40,467 nt of DNA from a virus (Duplodnaviria > Caudoviricetes), in IMG/VR virus record IMGVR_UViG_3300037307_000179, positions 1 through 40,467 of that record. One strand, 5' to 3'. The translations under genes and the position numbers were made by a program. Position 1 is the stretch's first letter, and every line of letters begins with the position of its first letter. Under the pieces are notes generated by a model that was not told the origin of the DNA, made no database searches, and saw only the letters and a program-made list of their open reading frames with translations. This document shows positions 8,852 to 16,744 of the stretch, piece after piece.

Positions 8852-9253
8852 ATGGAAGAATACTACATCAAACGTGGACGAAGGTACGTAAAGGCCGGTT
8901 GGTCAATGCCAAGTATGGCAGAGGGGTTGTACTGGCGGCAAAAGACCGAATATGGCACACGTACAACGTCTGTTATGCACTGGGCTGGTTCTACGCCACC
9001 ACAACCATTAGATGTGCAGAAATTGATTTCTGTAATGTCTAACGACGACAAACTGGCGAATTACATCGTAGCACTTACCGACGAAACTTCTGAGCAATAC
9101 AAAAAAGCTAAAGAGGATCAAGGAGGTTATATCAATAAACCATTGCGGTTTTACAATTGGTCAGCACAAGATTTAGCCACCTGTATTTTAAGATTTGTCT
9201 TTGAACAAATGGCAAAAGACAAAAATATTCTCGAATCTTACAAATCCGATTGA
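8852..9253 (+). CDS. hypothetical protein
   Basis: 133-aa ORF, AAGGA RBS. Confidence 0.7.
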   Translation: MEEYYIKRGRRYVKAGWSMPSMAEGLYWRQKTEYGTRTTSVMHWAGSTPPQPLDVQKLISVMSNDDKLANYIVALTDETSEQYKKAKEDQGGYINKPLRFYNWSAQDLATCILRFVFEQMAKDKNILESYKSD

Positions 9254-9278
9254 CTTTTAGCGTGTGATAGTATATAAT
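9250..9278 (+). promoter_or_regulatory. sigma70-type promoter
   Basis: TTGACT-17nt-TATAAT. Confidence 0.75.
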
Positions 9279-9292
9279 AAGGAAGCCGGAAG

Positions 9293-9493
9293 ATGGGAAG
9301 TGTGACAAATCTTTGGGACCGCGATCCTGAAAAATGGAAAGCGATGGAACTTAAAGATAAATTAGAGTACCTGCGTAAGTATTATTGCACCGGCCCTTGC
9401 GGTCAATCTAGTGCTGTGCTTGGTGCCCGATCTGCTCTAGATAAAACATTGAGAGAAGCGATTCAGATAATTGACGAGAGGAATGTTAGATGA
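9293..9493 (+). CDS. hypothetical protein (frame stays open past the TGA to 9622)
   Basis: 66-aa ORF with AAGGA RBS. Confidence 0.6.
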   Translation: MGSVTNLWDRDPEKWKAMELKDKLEYLRKYYCTGPCGQSSAVLGARSALDKTLREAIQIIDERNVR

Positions 9494-9614
9494 GCCACTG
9501 TTAAAGAAACTCTTTCAGATGTTGTTGAAAAGGTAAAAAGCGGTGGTGGAAACCGAAGGTTTTGGAAAAAATGGGAACTAGAAGTTTTAGAATTATGTGG
9601 TGAACACACCAAAG

Positions 9615-9830
9615 ATGTTTAGAAAAAAAGTTAAAACCTATAGTGATAAAAATGTAGAAGAGCTAAAGGCTTTGATTCAAGAGCAATTTGCTAAAATAGG
9701 ATGCGACACACCAGAGAAAAGAGAACTGTGGTGGAAGCAACAGGGCTTGGAGCCAAAAAACGACGGGACGTTTTTGTATATATCGCCAGAATGTCTAGAA
9801 AAAATTTCAACACAGGAAAAAGGTAAATGA
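9615..9830 (+). CDS. hypothetical protein
   Basis: ATG at 9615 within ORF 9597..9830. Confidence 0.6.
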   Translation: MFRKKVKTYSDKNVEELKALIQEQFAKIGCDTPEKRELWWKQQGLEPKNDGTFLYISPECLEKISTQEKGK

Positions 9831-10081
9831 GCAACGCAAATTTAAATAGCTATTTTGGACAAAATGATTTTCAAAAGTTCTTTGAACAAACAATGTCTGA
9901 TTCTATTGGTACCTTCGAATTTCTTCTAGAAAGCGAATCATATAAAAATCTTATAAAGATTCAAGGAAAGCTACTAAAATCTGTTTTAGAAACATACAAG
10001 TCTGTTGGTTTTAATGAAAGTCAAGCGTTTGAAATTCTTTCTAAACAAATTCAAAGCGGTGCTTATCAGGTTAAATGGTGA
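9827..10081 (+). CDS. hypothetical protein
   Basis: ATGA overlap, 84 aa. Confidence 0.65.
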   Translation: MSNANLNSYFGQNDFQKFFEQTMSDSIGTFEFLLESESYKNLIKIQGKLLKSVLETYKSVGFNESQAFEILSKQIQSGAYQVKW

Positions 10082-10302
10082 TAGAAATGATTGGGCGTGA
10101 TTCTGGAATGTCTGATGACGATTTTGCGAATTATCAAAAGATGATACAGCAAAAAAATAAAAATGATATTGAAGAACTAGAAAGGGCCGCAAGGTCTTTG
10201 CTAGAAGAATATAGAAACAAACCTCCGCAAACAATGTGGAATAAAATAAAAATCTTTTTAAGCAAACAGACGCAAAAATTTAGGGGTTTTATTGGTGTCT
10301 AA
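10075..10302 (+). CDS. hypothetical protein
   Basis: 75-aa ORF, start uncertain. Confidence 0.55.
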   Translation: MVIEMIGRDSGMSDDDFANYQKMIQQKNKNDIEELERAARSLLEEYRNKPPQTMWNKIKIFLSKQTQKFRGFIGV

Positions 10303-10894
10303 AAGATTCGATTATCGTAATAAAGAAACTTTTAAAAAGGATATATTTTTTGGTACGATGCTCGAAAAATATTGGTGGGAGTCTTGGCTAAAGCTAACTG
10401 ATCAGCGTTCAGATATAAATGTAACCAACGCAAAAGATAACGGTTGCGACAACAATGGTGAGTTTATAGAGGATGGTAGCACTTTTGGTGCAGATTTCAT
10501 GGCCGATATATCCTATGATAACAGAGATTATAAAAATTGCCCGCTTGAAATGAAATGGGTTCCAACTGCCGGAAAATTTACCCTAAAAGAAAATGACCTT
10601 AAGGCATACATACGTGAAGGTGCTGGCATTTTATTTATCTATAATTCTGTAAGTTGTGGTACAGATTTTAGAAAGCCAGAACACTATGATCTTGAAAAAC
10701 ATATTGCTTTGATAGAATCAAAGATAGATCAGGTAAAATGGGGTTTGATGTGGCCAGAAAAAGTAAAAGAATTTTACGAATACGCTCAAGACAACAATCT
10801 AATCAAACCGATATATTACATGGGCAATAAACCGGCGGTTGTATTGCAGCAACAATATTTTTCAAGATGGTTTAAACAGGAGAATTGGAAATGA
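10292..10894 (+). CDS. hypothetical protein, possible PD-(D/E)xK nuclease fold
   Basis: E...GADF...PLEMK spacing resembles restriction-like nuclease catalytic residues. Confidence 0.55.
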   Translation: MVSKRFDYRNKETFKKDIFFGTMLEKYWWESWLKLTDQRSDINVTNAKDNGCDNNGEFIEDGSTFGADFMADISYDNRDYKNCPLEMKWVPTAGKFTLKENDLKAYIREGAGILFIYNSVSCGTDFRKPEHYDLEKHIALIESKIDQVKWGLMWPEKVKEFYEYAQDNNLIKPIYYMGNKPAVVLQQQYFSRWFKQENWK

Positions 10895-11238
10895 ATACAA
10901 TGGAAAAAATCCAATGGTTAATTGAAAATGAGGGGTGCGAACTTGCCGATGGTTATAACGGACTGCAAACTTTTTTTGCTTATTGTTGCGAGCGTGAAGA
11001 ACAGCAAAAAATTCTAAGGATCATTAAAGATCAAGTCAACGAAGCGTATGATCTTGCTAAAGAGGAATACGACCACGAACAAGAGCGATCCGCACCTAAA
11101 GATGCTAAGATAAGAGATGCTATTGATTTGATTTTGAGCGATCTTGGAAATAATGGTTTTGATACCAGTATTCTAGATGCAAACGCTCAAAACGATATAA
11201 AAAAGAGGTTGGCGAGGACACTAAAAAATGTCTTGTAA
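10891..11238 (+). CDS. hypothetical protein
   Basis: ATGA overlap, AGGAG RBS. Confidence 0.7.
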   Translation: MNTMEKIQWLIENEGCELADGYNGLQTFFAYCCEREEQQKILRIIKDQVNEAYDLAKEEYDHEQERSAPKDAKIRDAIDLILSDLGNNGFDTSILDANAQNDIKKRLARTLKNVL

Positions 11239-11680
11239 CAAAACATATACAGGTTTTATTACAGAATTGCCAGATAACGGTATTTTTGTTTATGGTGCCA
11301 ATACCGATGGCATACATGGTGCTGGTGCTGCAAAAACAGCAAGACAATACTTTGGTGCTTTGTATGGAAAAGTTGGTTTCTGTGGAAAATCTTATGGTAT
11401 TGTGACCAAAGATTTAAAAGCTAAAAACCACCCATCCGTTTCTCGCGAAGAAATTGTAAGACAAATTGGAGAACTCTATCAATTTGCTAGATTGTCTAAA
11501 CCAGATTATGAGTTTTATATTGCTTACAGTGGCACAGGTCAGAATTTAAACCATTACACCAACGAAGAAATGGCAGAAATGTTTTCTGCTTTTGATATTC
11601 CAACAAACATTGTGTTTGAACAGGATTTTGCACGACTCGTAGAGGAAAAAAATGTCGCACGTAGATTTGAGCTATCTTAA
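11228..11680 (+). CDS. conserved phage protein of the IFVFGSN-x2-G-x-HGAGAA type (A1S_2505-like)
   Basis: ITELPDNGIFVYGANTDGIHGAGAA...G-x-SYGI-x-T motif. Confidence 0.75.
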   Translation: MSCNKTYTGFITELPDNGIFVYGANTDGIHGAGAAKTARQYFGALYGKVGFCGKSYGIVTKDLKAKNHPSVSREEIVRQIGELYQFARLSKPDYEFYIAYSGTGQNLNHYTNEEMAEMFSAFDIPTNIVFEQDFARLVEEKNVARRFELS

Positions 11681-12671
11681 AATAGTTGATCATGTACTGA
11701 ACAATGGTGAGTGGAAATCGCCAGTAAGAAAAAATTTAAGCACAGGAAAATGGGAACCTGTGGATGGTGGCGTGCGTACATTAGCGTGTGCAAACATGTT
11801 GTTTAGCCACGAAATGTCTGATGGGTTTCCATTGTTAACCACTAAGAAAATGGCTTTCAAAACTCTTTGTGTTGAGCTAGAGGGGTTCATCAAGGGCGTT
11901 ACTGACAAGCGGTGGTATCAAGAGCGAAACTGTAAAATTTGGGACGAGTGGGCCAATCCAGAAGCGGTAAGTCAGCACACGTATGTTCAAGATTTCGAGT
12001 ACGACGAATCACTTCCGCGAGAAGAAATTTGGTCGGAGTTGAATAGCCGTAGAAAGGCGGCACAAAAAGAAATTTCTGATCTTGGTCCAATCTACGGATA
12101 TCAGTGGCGTCACTTCGCAGAAGATTATCCTCTTGAAAAGCAACATTTTACCAAATGGTGTTACGAACAACACAGCGGGGTTTATCAAGGAGTGGATCAA
12201 CTAAAAAATATTGTTGATGCCTTGACAAACAATCCAATGGACCGTAGAATGGTTTGTAGTGCCTGGAATCCAAACCAGATGCACATGATGGCTTTGCCAC
12301 CGTGTCATTATGCGTGGAATGTTACAGTAATTGGAAACAAGTTACATTTGTTTTGGGCACAACGTTCGTGCGATTTGATGCTTGGTGTACCGTTCAACAT
12401 TGCTTCCTATGCTCTGCTTCTTTGTCTTTTGGCGGAAGTTGGCGGTTTTGAACGTGGAAATTTGAGCGGAATGTTGGTTGATTGTCATATTTATGAAAAT
12501 CATATTCCAGCCGCACGCGAACAAATCAAGCGTGAACCGAGACAAATGCCGGAACTACAGGTCGTGTACAACGAAAATAAGTTTGATATTTTTCAATGGA
12601 CACACGAAAATGTTCTTCTAAAAGGCTATAATCCACATCCAAAGTTGGATTTTGGCGGTGTAGCGGTATAA
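11652..12671 (+). CDS. thyA: thymidylate synthase
   Basis: FPLLTTKK, IWDEWA, LGPIYGYQWR, MALPPCH, QRSCD, LGVPFNIASY, HIYENH. Confidence 0.97.
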   Translation: MSHVDLSYLKIVDHVLNNGEWKSPVRKNLSTGKWEPVDGGVRTLACANMLFSHEMSDGFPLLTTKKMAFKTLCVELEGFIKGVTDKRWYQERNCKIWDEWANPEAVSQHTYVQDFEYDESLPREEIWSELNSRRKAAQKEISDLGPIYGYQWRHFAEDYPLEKQHFTKWCYEQHSGVYQGVDQLKNIVDALTNNPMDRRMVCSAWNPNQMHMMALPPCHYAWNVTVIGNKLHLFWAQRSCDLMLGVPFNIASYALLLCLLAEVGGFERGNLSGMLVDCHIYENHIPAAREQIKREPRQMPELQVVYNENKFDIFQWTHENVLLKGYNPHPKLDFGGVAV

Positions 12672-12695
12672 TTTTTAAAATTTTATACAACCAAC

Positions 12696-12724
12696 TTGAC
12701 AAATTCGATACTTTTGTGTATAAT
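12696..12724 (+). promoter_or_regulatory. sigma70-type promoter
   Basis: TTGACA-17nt-TATAAT. Confidence 0.85.
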
Positions 12725-12741
12725 ACACACAGGAAAATAAA

Positions 12742-13170
12742 ATGGCTAAAAGAATAAACACTAAAAATAGACACGATTCAGGAAGAGAAATCACCACTCC
12801 AAGTTTTTTTGGTTCTCACAGGGTGATGGTGGTTGATCCACTGAACTATGTTTTTGCGTCTAATCGAGAGAATACCGTTTCTCTTGAATCTGGACAAGTG
12901 TTGTGCAAAGATGATGTTGGTTTTTATATTACTTGTGAAAAGCGTTTGGATTCTGGTTTAGCAGATCCCAACCGCTATTCTGGTGTTCGTCCAGATTTGA
13001 TAGAAAAGCCAAATGAATATCAAGCGGGTGAAATCATTGATCCATATCCACCCGTAGTTGATGCTTGCATTGCGTGTGGATGTTTTAAACCTATAGTTTA
13101 TATTTCAGGCGAACCAATTTGCGATAGTTGCCTAAAAGAGACTGAAAATGACAGCCTACATTTTAATTAA
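12742..13170 (+). CDS. hypothetical protein with C-terminal CxxC...CxxC zinc ribbon
   Basis: CIACG...CDSC, AGGA RBS. Confidence 0.7.
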   Translation: MAKRINTKNRHDSGREITTPSFFGSHRVMVVDPLNYVFASNRENTVSLESGQVLCKDDVGFYITCEKRLDSGLADPNRYSGVRPDLIEKPNEYQAGEIIDPYPPVVDACIACGCFKPIVYISGEPICDSCLKETENDSLHFN

Positions 13171-13546
13171 ACTCCAAGAAGTTTTTGGTTCTTACACAAT
13201 AGAACCCGTTGGGGTATACTCCGACTCAAACGACGCGTTGAATTGGATTGATAAGCTGGAGAAACTCAATACAGATCGTTTAAATGTTGTTTTTGATGTT
13301 TTAGAATTTGAAATGGACAATGAGCCAATTGTTTTACAATCAATGATAAAGGATCGAGAACAACTAATTGACGCGATAAATGGCACACTTTTATCACTGA
13401 TGAAGAAGGAACTTATTGAGCAGTATGTCGGTGAAGATGGCAATTTCTATTATGAGTTGACAGACAAAGGGAAAAGGGTTTCAAGCGGTGTTCCTGGTCA
13501 AATTCTCCGTAGATTCATCGACGCACAGCGACAATCAAACGATTAA
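13148..13546 (+). CDS. hypothetical protein, possible winged-helix C-terminus
   Basis: L-x2-LMKKELIE...YYELTDKG pattern. Confidence 0.65.
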   Translation: MTAYILIKLQEVFGSYTIEPVGVYSDSNDALNWIDKLEKLNTDRLNVVFDVLEFEMDNEPIVLQSMIKDREQLIDAINGTLLSLMKKELIEQYVGEDGNFYYELTDKGKRVSSGVPGQILRRFIDAQRQSND

Positions 13547-13590
13547 AATTTGCTAGTTGCGTTATCTTAAAGACTGTCTGTTTTTTACAA

Positions 13591-13663
13591 GGTGCCTTGA
13601 CTCAATTGGTAGAGTACCGGTTTTGTAAACCGGCTGTTGTGGGTTCGACTCCCACAGGTACCT
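13591..13663 (+). tRNA. trnT: tRNA-Thr(UGU)
   Basis: GGTGCCT/AGGTACC, arm CCGGT-TTTGTAA-ACCGG. Confidence 0.92.
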
Positions 13664-13668
13664 CTTAC

Positions 13669-13755
13669 GGAAGGACAAGCCAATTGGCGGTGGCCGCTGT
13701 TTTGAAAACAGTTAGGAGCTAACGACTCGTGTGGGTTCGACTCCCTCTCCTTCCG
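13669..13755 (+). tRNA. trnS: tRNA-Ser(UGA)
   Basis: GGAAGGA/TCCTTCC, arm GCTGT-TTTGAAA-ACAGT, long variable arm, G73. Confidence 0.88.
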
Positions 13756-13820
13756 CTTAAATTTTTTAAAAACCACTTGGTAAACAAGCAATAAAAGACT
13801 ATAACAAAGAAACAAATTAC

Positions 13821-13892
13821 TGTGTGGTAGCTCAGAGGTAGAGCGGGAAACTGTTAATTTCTTGGTCGCAGGTTCGATCCCTGCCTGCACAG
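13821..13892 (+). tRNA. trnN: tRNA-Asn(GUU)
   Basis: TGTGTGG/CTGCACA, arm GGAAA-CTGTTAA-TTTCT, G73. Confidence 0.9.
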
Positions 13893-13901
13893 CTTGACTT
13901 T

Positions 13902-13992
13902 GGGAGTGAGGACTACTGTTGGTTGTGTAGCACCAGACTGTAAATCTGTTCCCACTGGGTAAACATCGGGGGTTCGAGTCCCTCCGCTCCCA
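13902..13992 (+). tRNA. trnY: tRNA-Tyr(GUA)
   Basis: GGGAGTG/CGCTCCC, loop CTGTAAA, long variable arm, atypical D arm. Confidence 0.82.
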
Positions 13993-13997
13993 CTTAT

Positions 13998-14210
13998 ATG
14001 AATACTGAAAAACCATATATCATTCGTGAAGTTGTCACGCACGTAAGACTTTACAACCCAAATTTTGGGAATGACAGAATTTGTGAGTGCGGCCATCCGT
14101 ACTATCGTCACTTTGACCCACTTGAAGATGAAGAACATCAAGCTGTTGGGTGTAAATATTGCTGCTGCTACAATTTTAAGGAAAAAGAAAACGATTCAAT
14201 TGAAACGTAA
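13998..14210 (+). CDS. small Cys/His-rich protein (CECGH...H...CKYCCC)
   Basis: 70-aa ORF filling a tRNA spacer. Confidence 0.7.
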   Translation: MNTEKPYIIREVVTHVRLYNPNFGNDRICECGHPYYRHFDPLEDEEHQAVGCKYCCCYNFKEKENDSIET

Positions 14211-14215
14211 ACAAC

Positions 14216-14290
14216 TGCGGGTTGGACTGGAGTTGGTTCCAGCTTGGTCTCATAAGCCAAATTACGTGGGTTCGAATCCCACACCCGCAA
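14216..14290 (+). tRNA. tRNA with CAU anticodon (Met, or Ile2; lacks the initiator GGG/CCC)
   Basis: TGCGGGT/ACCCGCA, arm TTGGT-CTCATAA-GCCAA. Confidence 0.85.
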
Positions 14291-14323
14291 CTCAAGATTT
14301 AAAAATAAATAAGGAAAAATAAA

Positions 14324-14353
14324 ATGATTCAGTTCAAACGTCGCCCCTATTAA
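14324..14353 (+). other. candidate minigene MIQFKRRPY*
   Basis: AAGGA and A-rich spacer before the ATG, fills a tRNA spacer. Confidence 0.3.
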
Positions 14354-14357
14354 ACAT

Positions 14358-14429
14358 GGGGGTAAGACCTAGATAGCGAGGTAATAGGCTTTTAACCTAT
14401 AAAGCAGAGTGCAAGTCTCTGTGCCCCTA
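14358..14429 (+). tRNA. trnK: tRNA-Lys(UUU), divergent D/T loops
   Basis: GGGGGTA/TGCCCCT, arm ATAGG-CTTTTAA-CCTAT, T loop TGCAAGT. Confidence 0.75.
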
Positions 14430-14433
14430 CTGG

Positions 14434-14505
14434 GGGATTGAAGCATTAACGGTGATGCAGTCGGCTCTTAACCGATAGAACTCGGATCATTACCGAGCGG
14501 TCCCA
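14434..14505 (+). tRNA. trnK: tRNA-Lys(CUU), divergent T loop
   Basis: GGGATTG/CGGTCCC, arm GTCGG-CTCTTAA-CCGAT, T loop ATCATTA. Confidence 0.78.
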
Positions 14506-14526
14506 CTTGACTTTCATCATCGCGTT

Positions 14527-14548
14527 GGTTCGATTCCCTTGGCCTCCA
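14527..14548 (+). pseudogene. orphan 3' fragment of a tRNA-Ala (or tmRNA)-like gene
   Basis: GGTTCGATTCCCTT-GGCCTCC-A: T loop, U70 and A73, no matching 5' half nearby. Confidence 0.45.
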
Positions 14549-14584
14549 CTGTATTACACACATTTTATTTAAAAGGAAAGAATC

Positions 14585-14824
14585 GTGGCAAAAATTGGAC
14601 AAGATTTGGTTTGTGTTTTAAATGAAGAAGAAGTTAACCAGTGGGTTGATAGAGTAAATGCTTGTTTGCTTACAATTGCTATGGATTTTCTCAAACGTTC
14701 TGGTGTGGATATTTCCAAAGTAACCAGCATTGAGCCTATTGAAATTGGTGAAGAAGTAGACGATGAACCATACACGTTCCGTATAGTTAAAGATGTAAAA
14801 ATTGAGTTCTTTCAAGAAGAATAA
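14585..14824 (+). CDS. hypothetical protein
   Basis: GTG start with AAGGA RBS, 79 aa. Confidence 0.65.
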   Translation: MAKIGQDLVCVLNEEEVNQWVDRVNACLLTIAMDFLKRSGVDISKVTSIEPIEIGEEVDDEPYTFRIVKDVKIEFFQEE

Positions 14825-14894
14825 ATAGAAGGATTTAAAAATGAATTATTTGAGTGGTGAATTTCTCTGAGGCTATTAACACAAGGAGAAATCT

Positions 14895-15470
14895 ATGCGA
14901 AAACGTTATAGACACCATGGTAAGCCACGGGTAATGCAAGAGTTGCGTGAATCCCAAAACCGTGAATTTTCTAGACCAAAACGAACAAAGAAACTCAAAG
15001 AGTATACTTGGTCGAGCGGTTCTTTCCACAAAACTAAAAGTTGGAAAGATTGTCGCAAGAAACAGTATCGAAACGAAAAGCGTGGCGAGCGTCACGAATT
15101 AAATTTTAATATTTGTTGCTGGCGTCAACAATGGAATCTTGAACTTTATCTCAAGAATCACAATATTCCTTATCGCGTCGAGCACATTCGAGAAATCGAG
15201 CGTAGAAAAAGAACAATAACAACACGTATAATAAAAGATCGTCAGGTTCCAGTTTATAACTTTAAGTACGAATGGTTGCGTCGTTCAGATGGCACAAAAT
15301 ATTGTGCAAAAGTCCTGAAACATCAAGTCGGATATTCTTGGGTTTATCGTGATGTACCACTTGACAAACCGGTGGTCAAATGGTATTATGTGAGTCGTCT
15401 GACTGGATACAAAGTTGTGTGGTGGTCAGACAAAAATATTGGCATTGAATACGTTTTGAACAAACAATAA
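14895..15470 (+). CDS. basic hypothetical protein (KSWK-x2-RKKQY motif)
   Basis: 191 aa, AAGGAG RBS, Arg/Lys-rich. Confidence 0.75.
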   Translation: MRKRYRHHGKPRVMQELRESQNREFSRPKRTKKLKEYTWSSGSFHKTKSWKDCRKKQYRNEKRGERHELNFNICCWRQQWNLELYLKNHNIPYRVEHIREIERRKRTITTRIIKDRQVPVYNFKYEWLRRSDGTKYCAKVLKHQVGYSWVYRDVPLDKPVVKWYYVSRLTGYKVVWWSDKNIGIEYVLNKQ

Positions 15471-15474
15471 AATC

Positions 15475-15569
15475 GAGTGGGAAGTCGGAAACAGCCAGCC
15501 AATAACTGGGCCTAGTGATTAGACAGATCGACAAGACTAGATTCGCGGGTGAAAATCCCGCCCCACTTT
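15475..15569 (+). ncRNA. tRNA-like RNA with a 19-nt anticodon-position loop
   Basis: Acceptor GAGTGGG/CCCACTT, T arm GCGGG-TGAAAAT-CCCGC, stems CCAG/CTGG and CTAGT/ACTAG. Confidence 0.6.
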
Positions 15570-15573
15570 GTAT

Positions 15574-15647
15574 TGAAGCGTAGCTCACTTGGTTAGAGCA
15601 TCGGTCTGATACACCGAAGGTAGTAGGTTCGAGTCCTGCCGCTTCAA
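15574..15647 (+). tRNA. trnI: tRNA-Ile(GAU)
   Basis: TGAAGCG/CGCTTCA, arm TCGGT-CTGATAC-ACCGA. Confidence 0.92.
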
Positions 15648-15658
15648 CTTGAAAATTT

Positions 15659-15733
15659 GGCTCTTGAGCTAGTGTGGTCATTCAGCGACGGTTTGAAGCA
15701 CCGTAGAATCTGGTTCGATTCCAGGGGGAGCCA
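15659..15733 (+). tRNA. trnF: tRNA-Phe(GAA)
   Basis: GGCTCTT/GGGAGCC, arm ACGGT-TTGAAGC-ACCGT. Confidence 0.85.
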
Positions 15734-15748
15734 CTTGACAATATACAT

Positions 15749-15821
15749 GGGCGAGTAGCTCAATGGATAGAGTTTCGGACTACGAATCCGAAGGTTGAAG
15801 GTTCAAGTCCTTCCTCGTCTG
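15749..15821 (+). tRNA. trnR: tRNA-Arg(ACG)
   Basis: GGGCGAG/CTCGTCT, arm TCGGA-CTACGAA-TCCGA. Confidence 0.92.
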
Positions 15822-15844
15822 CTTTTAAAAAAGAGAACTTACAA

Positions 15845-15883
15845 ATGAACTTTGAACAAGAACAACAACAGGAACGCGAGTAA
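15845..15883 (+). other. candidate minigene MNFEQEQQQERE*
   Basis: Short ORF after AGAGA, followed by a GCGGC/GCCGC hairpin. Confidence 0.3.
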
Positions 15884-15914
15884 CACGGCGGCTAGTCATT
15901 AGGGCCGCTAATAT

Positions 15915-15987
15915 GTCGCGGTCGTCTAATGGCTTAGGACACTACCCTTTCAAGGTAGTAATCGGAGTTCGATTCTCCGTCGCGATA
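15915..15987 (+). tRNA. trnE: tRNA-Glu(UUC)
   Basis: GTCGCGG/TCGCGAT, arm CTACC-CTTTCAA-GGTAG. Confidence 0.9.
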
Positions 15988-15988
15988 C

Positions 15989-16060
15989 TCCGCTATGGTG
16001 TAATTGGCAACACACGACACTTTGACTGTTGTATTCTGGGTTCAAATCCTAGTGGCGGTA
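15989..16060 (+). tRNA. trnQ: tRNA-Gln(UUG)
   Basis: TCCGCTA/TGGCGGT (1-72 mismatch), arm CGACA-CTTTGAC-TGTTG. Confidence 0.88.
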
Positions 16061-16074
16061 CTTGACAAAATAAT

Positions 16075-16145
16075 GCGAGTATAGTATAATGGTATTACAT
16101 ATCGTTGCCAACGATGAAAAGCGGGTTCAATTCCTGCTACTCGCA
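16075..16145 (+). tRNA. trnG: tRNA-Gly(GCC)
   Basis: GCGAGTA/TACTCGC, arm TATCG-TTGCCAA-CGATG. Confidence 0.92.
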
Positions 16146-16233
16146 CTCACCAATAGGTGAGATATAAACTTGGGATAAGGCTGGCAGAACTAAACCGACC
16201 CATAAAGGGCGAGCAGGCAAACTCCCAAAACAA

Positions 16234-16304
16234 GGTCTGTAGGTGTTGTGGCGGCACTCGTCTGTGGTATGGACGCAGCGTGGGTTCGACTCCCACACGG
16301 ACCT
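16234..16304 (+). tRNA. trnT: tRNA-Thr(GGU)
   Basis: GGTCTGT/ACGGACC, arm CGTCT-GTGGTAT-GGACG. Confidence 0.78.
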
Positions 16305-16309
16305 CTTAT

Positions 16310-16382
16310 ACGGGACTGATGTAGATAGGTAACATGACAGATTTCCAATCTGTTCTCAAGAGTTCGATTCTCTTGTCCCGTA
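16310..16382 (+). tRNA. trnG: tRNA-Gly(UCC)
   Basis: ACGGGAC/GTCCCGT, arm ACAGA-TTTCCAA-TCTGT. Confidence 0.88.
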
Positions 16383-16417
16383 CTATGAATGAGAGTTTTA
16401 TTTTTTAGGAGAACAAA

Positions 16418-16609
16418 ATGTTAAAGACTTTTAATGCTTTCCAAATTGTAGCAGCTTTTGTTGCTTGGCCCTTCTTGATTTCGTGGTTGGATGGGGCAAG
16501 TTTTCGTGGGGCACCTGTTGCGTTTTGGTCTGCGATTGCGTTATATGTTGTAGCCTTTTTTGCTATGGTAGGATGCGTTTATCATTCGCTTGATAAGGAA
16601 TGGTTATAA
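16418..16609 (+). CDS. small membrane protein (2 TM)
   Basis: AGGAG RBS, two hydrophobic stretches. Confidence 0.75.
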   Translation: MLKTFNAFQIVAAFVAWPFLISWLDGASFRGAPVAFWSAIALYVVAFFAMVGCVYHSLDKEWL

Positions 16610-16615
16610 TTATAC

Positions 16616-16690
16616 GGCCCATTGGTCCAGCTTGGAGTGGACGCCACCTTGTCACGGTGGAGACCACCGATTCAAGTCCGGTATGGGTCG
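16616..16690 (+). tRNA. trnD: tRNA-Asp(GUC)
   Basis: GGCCCAT/ATGGGTC, arm CCACC-TTGTCAC-GGTGG, G73. Confidence 0.9.
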
Positions 16691-16744
16691 CTCCCTTCGG
16701 GGATTCCCAAGAGTAGAGTGATTGATATTTCAACACGAAACTCA

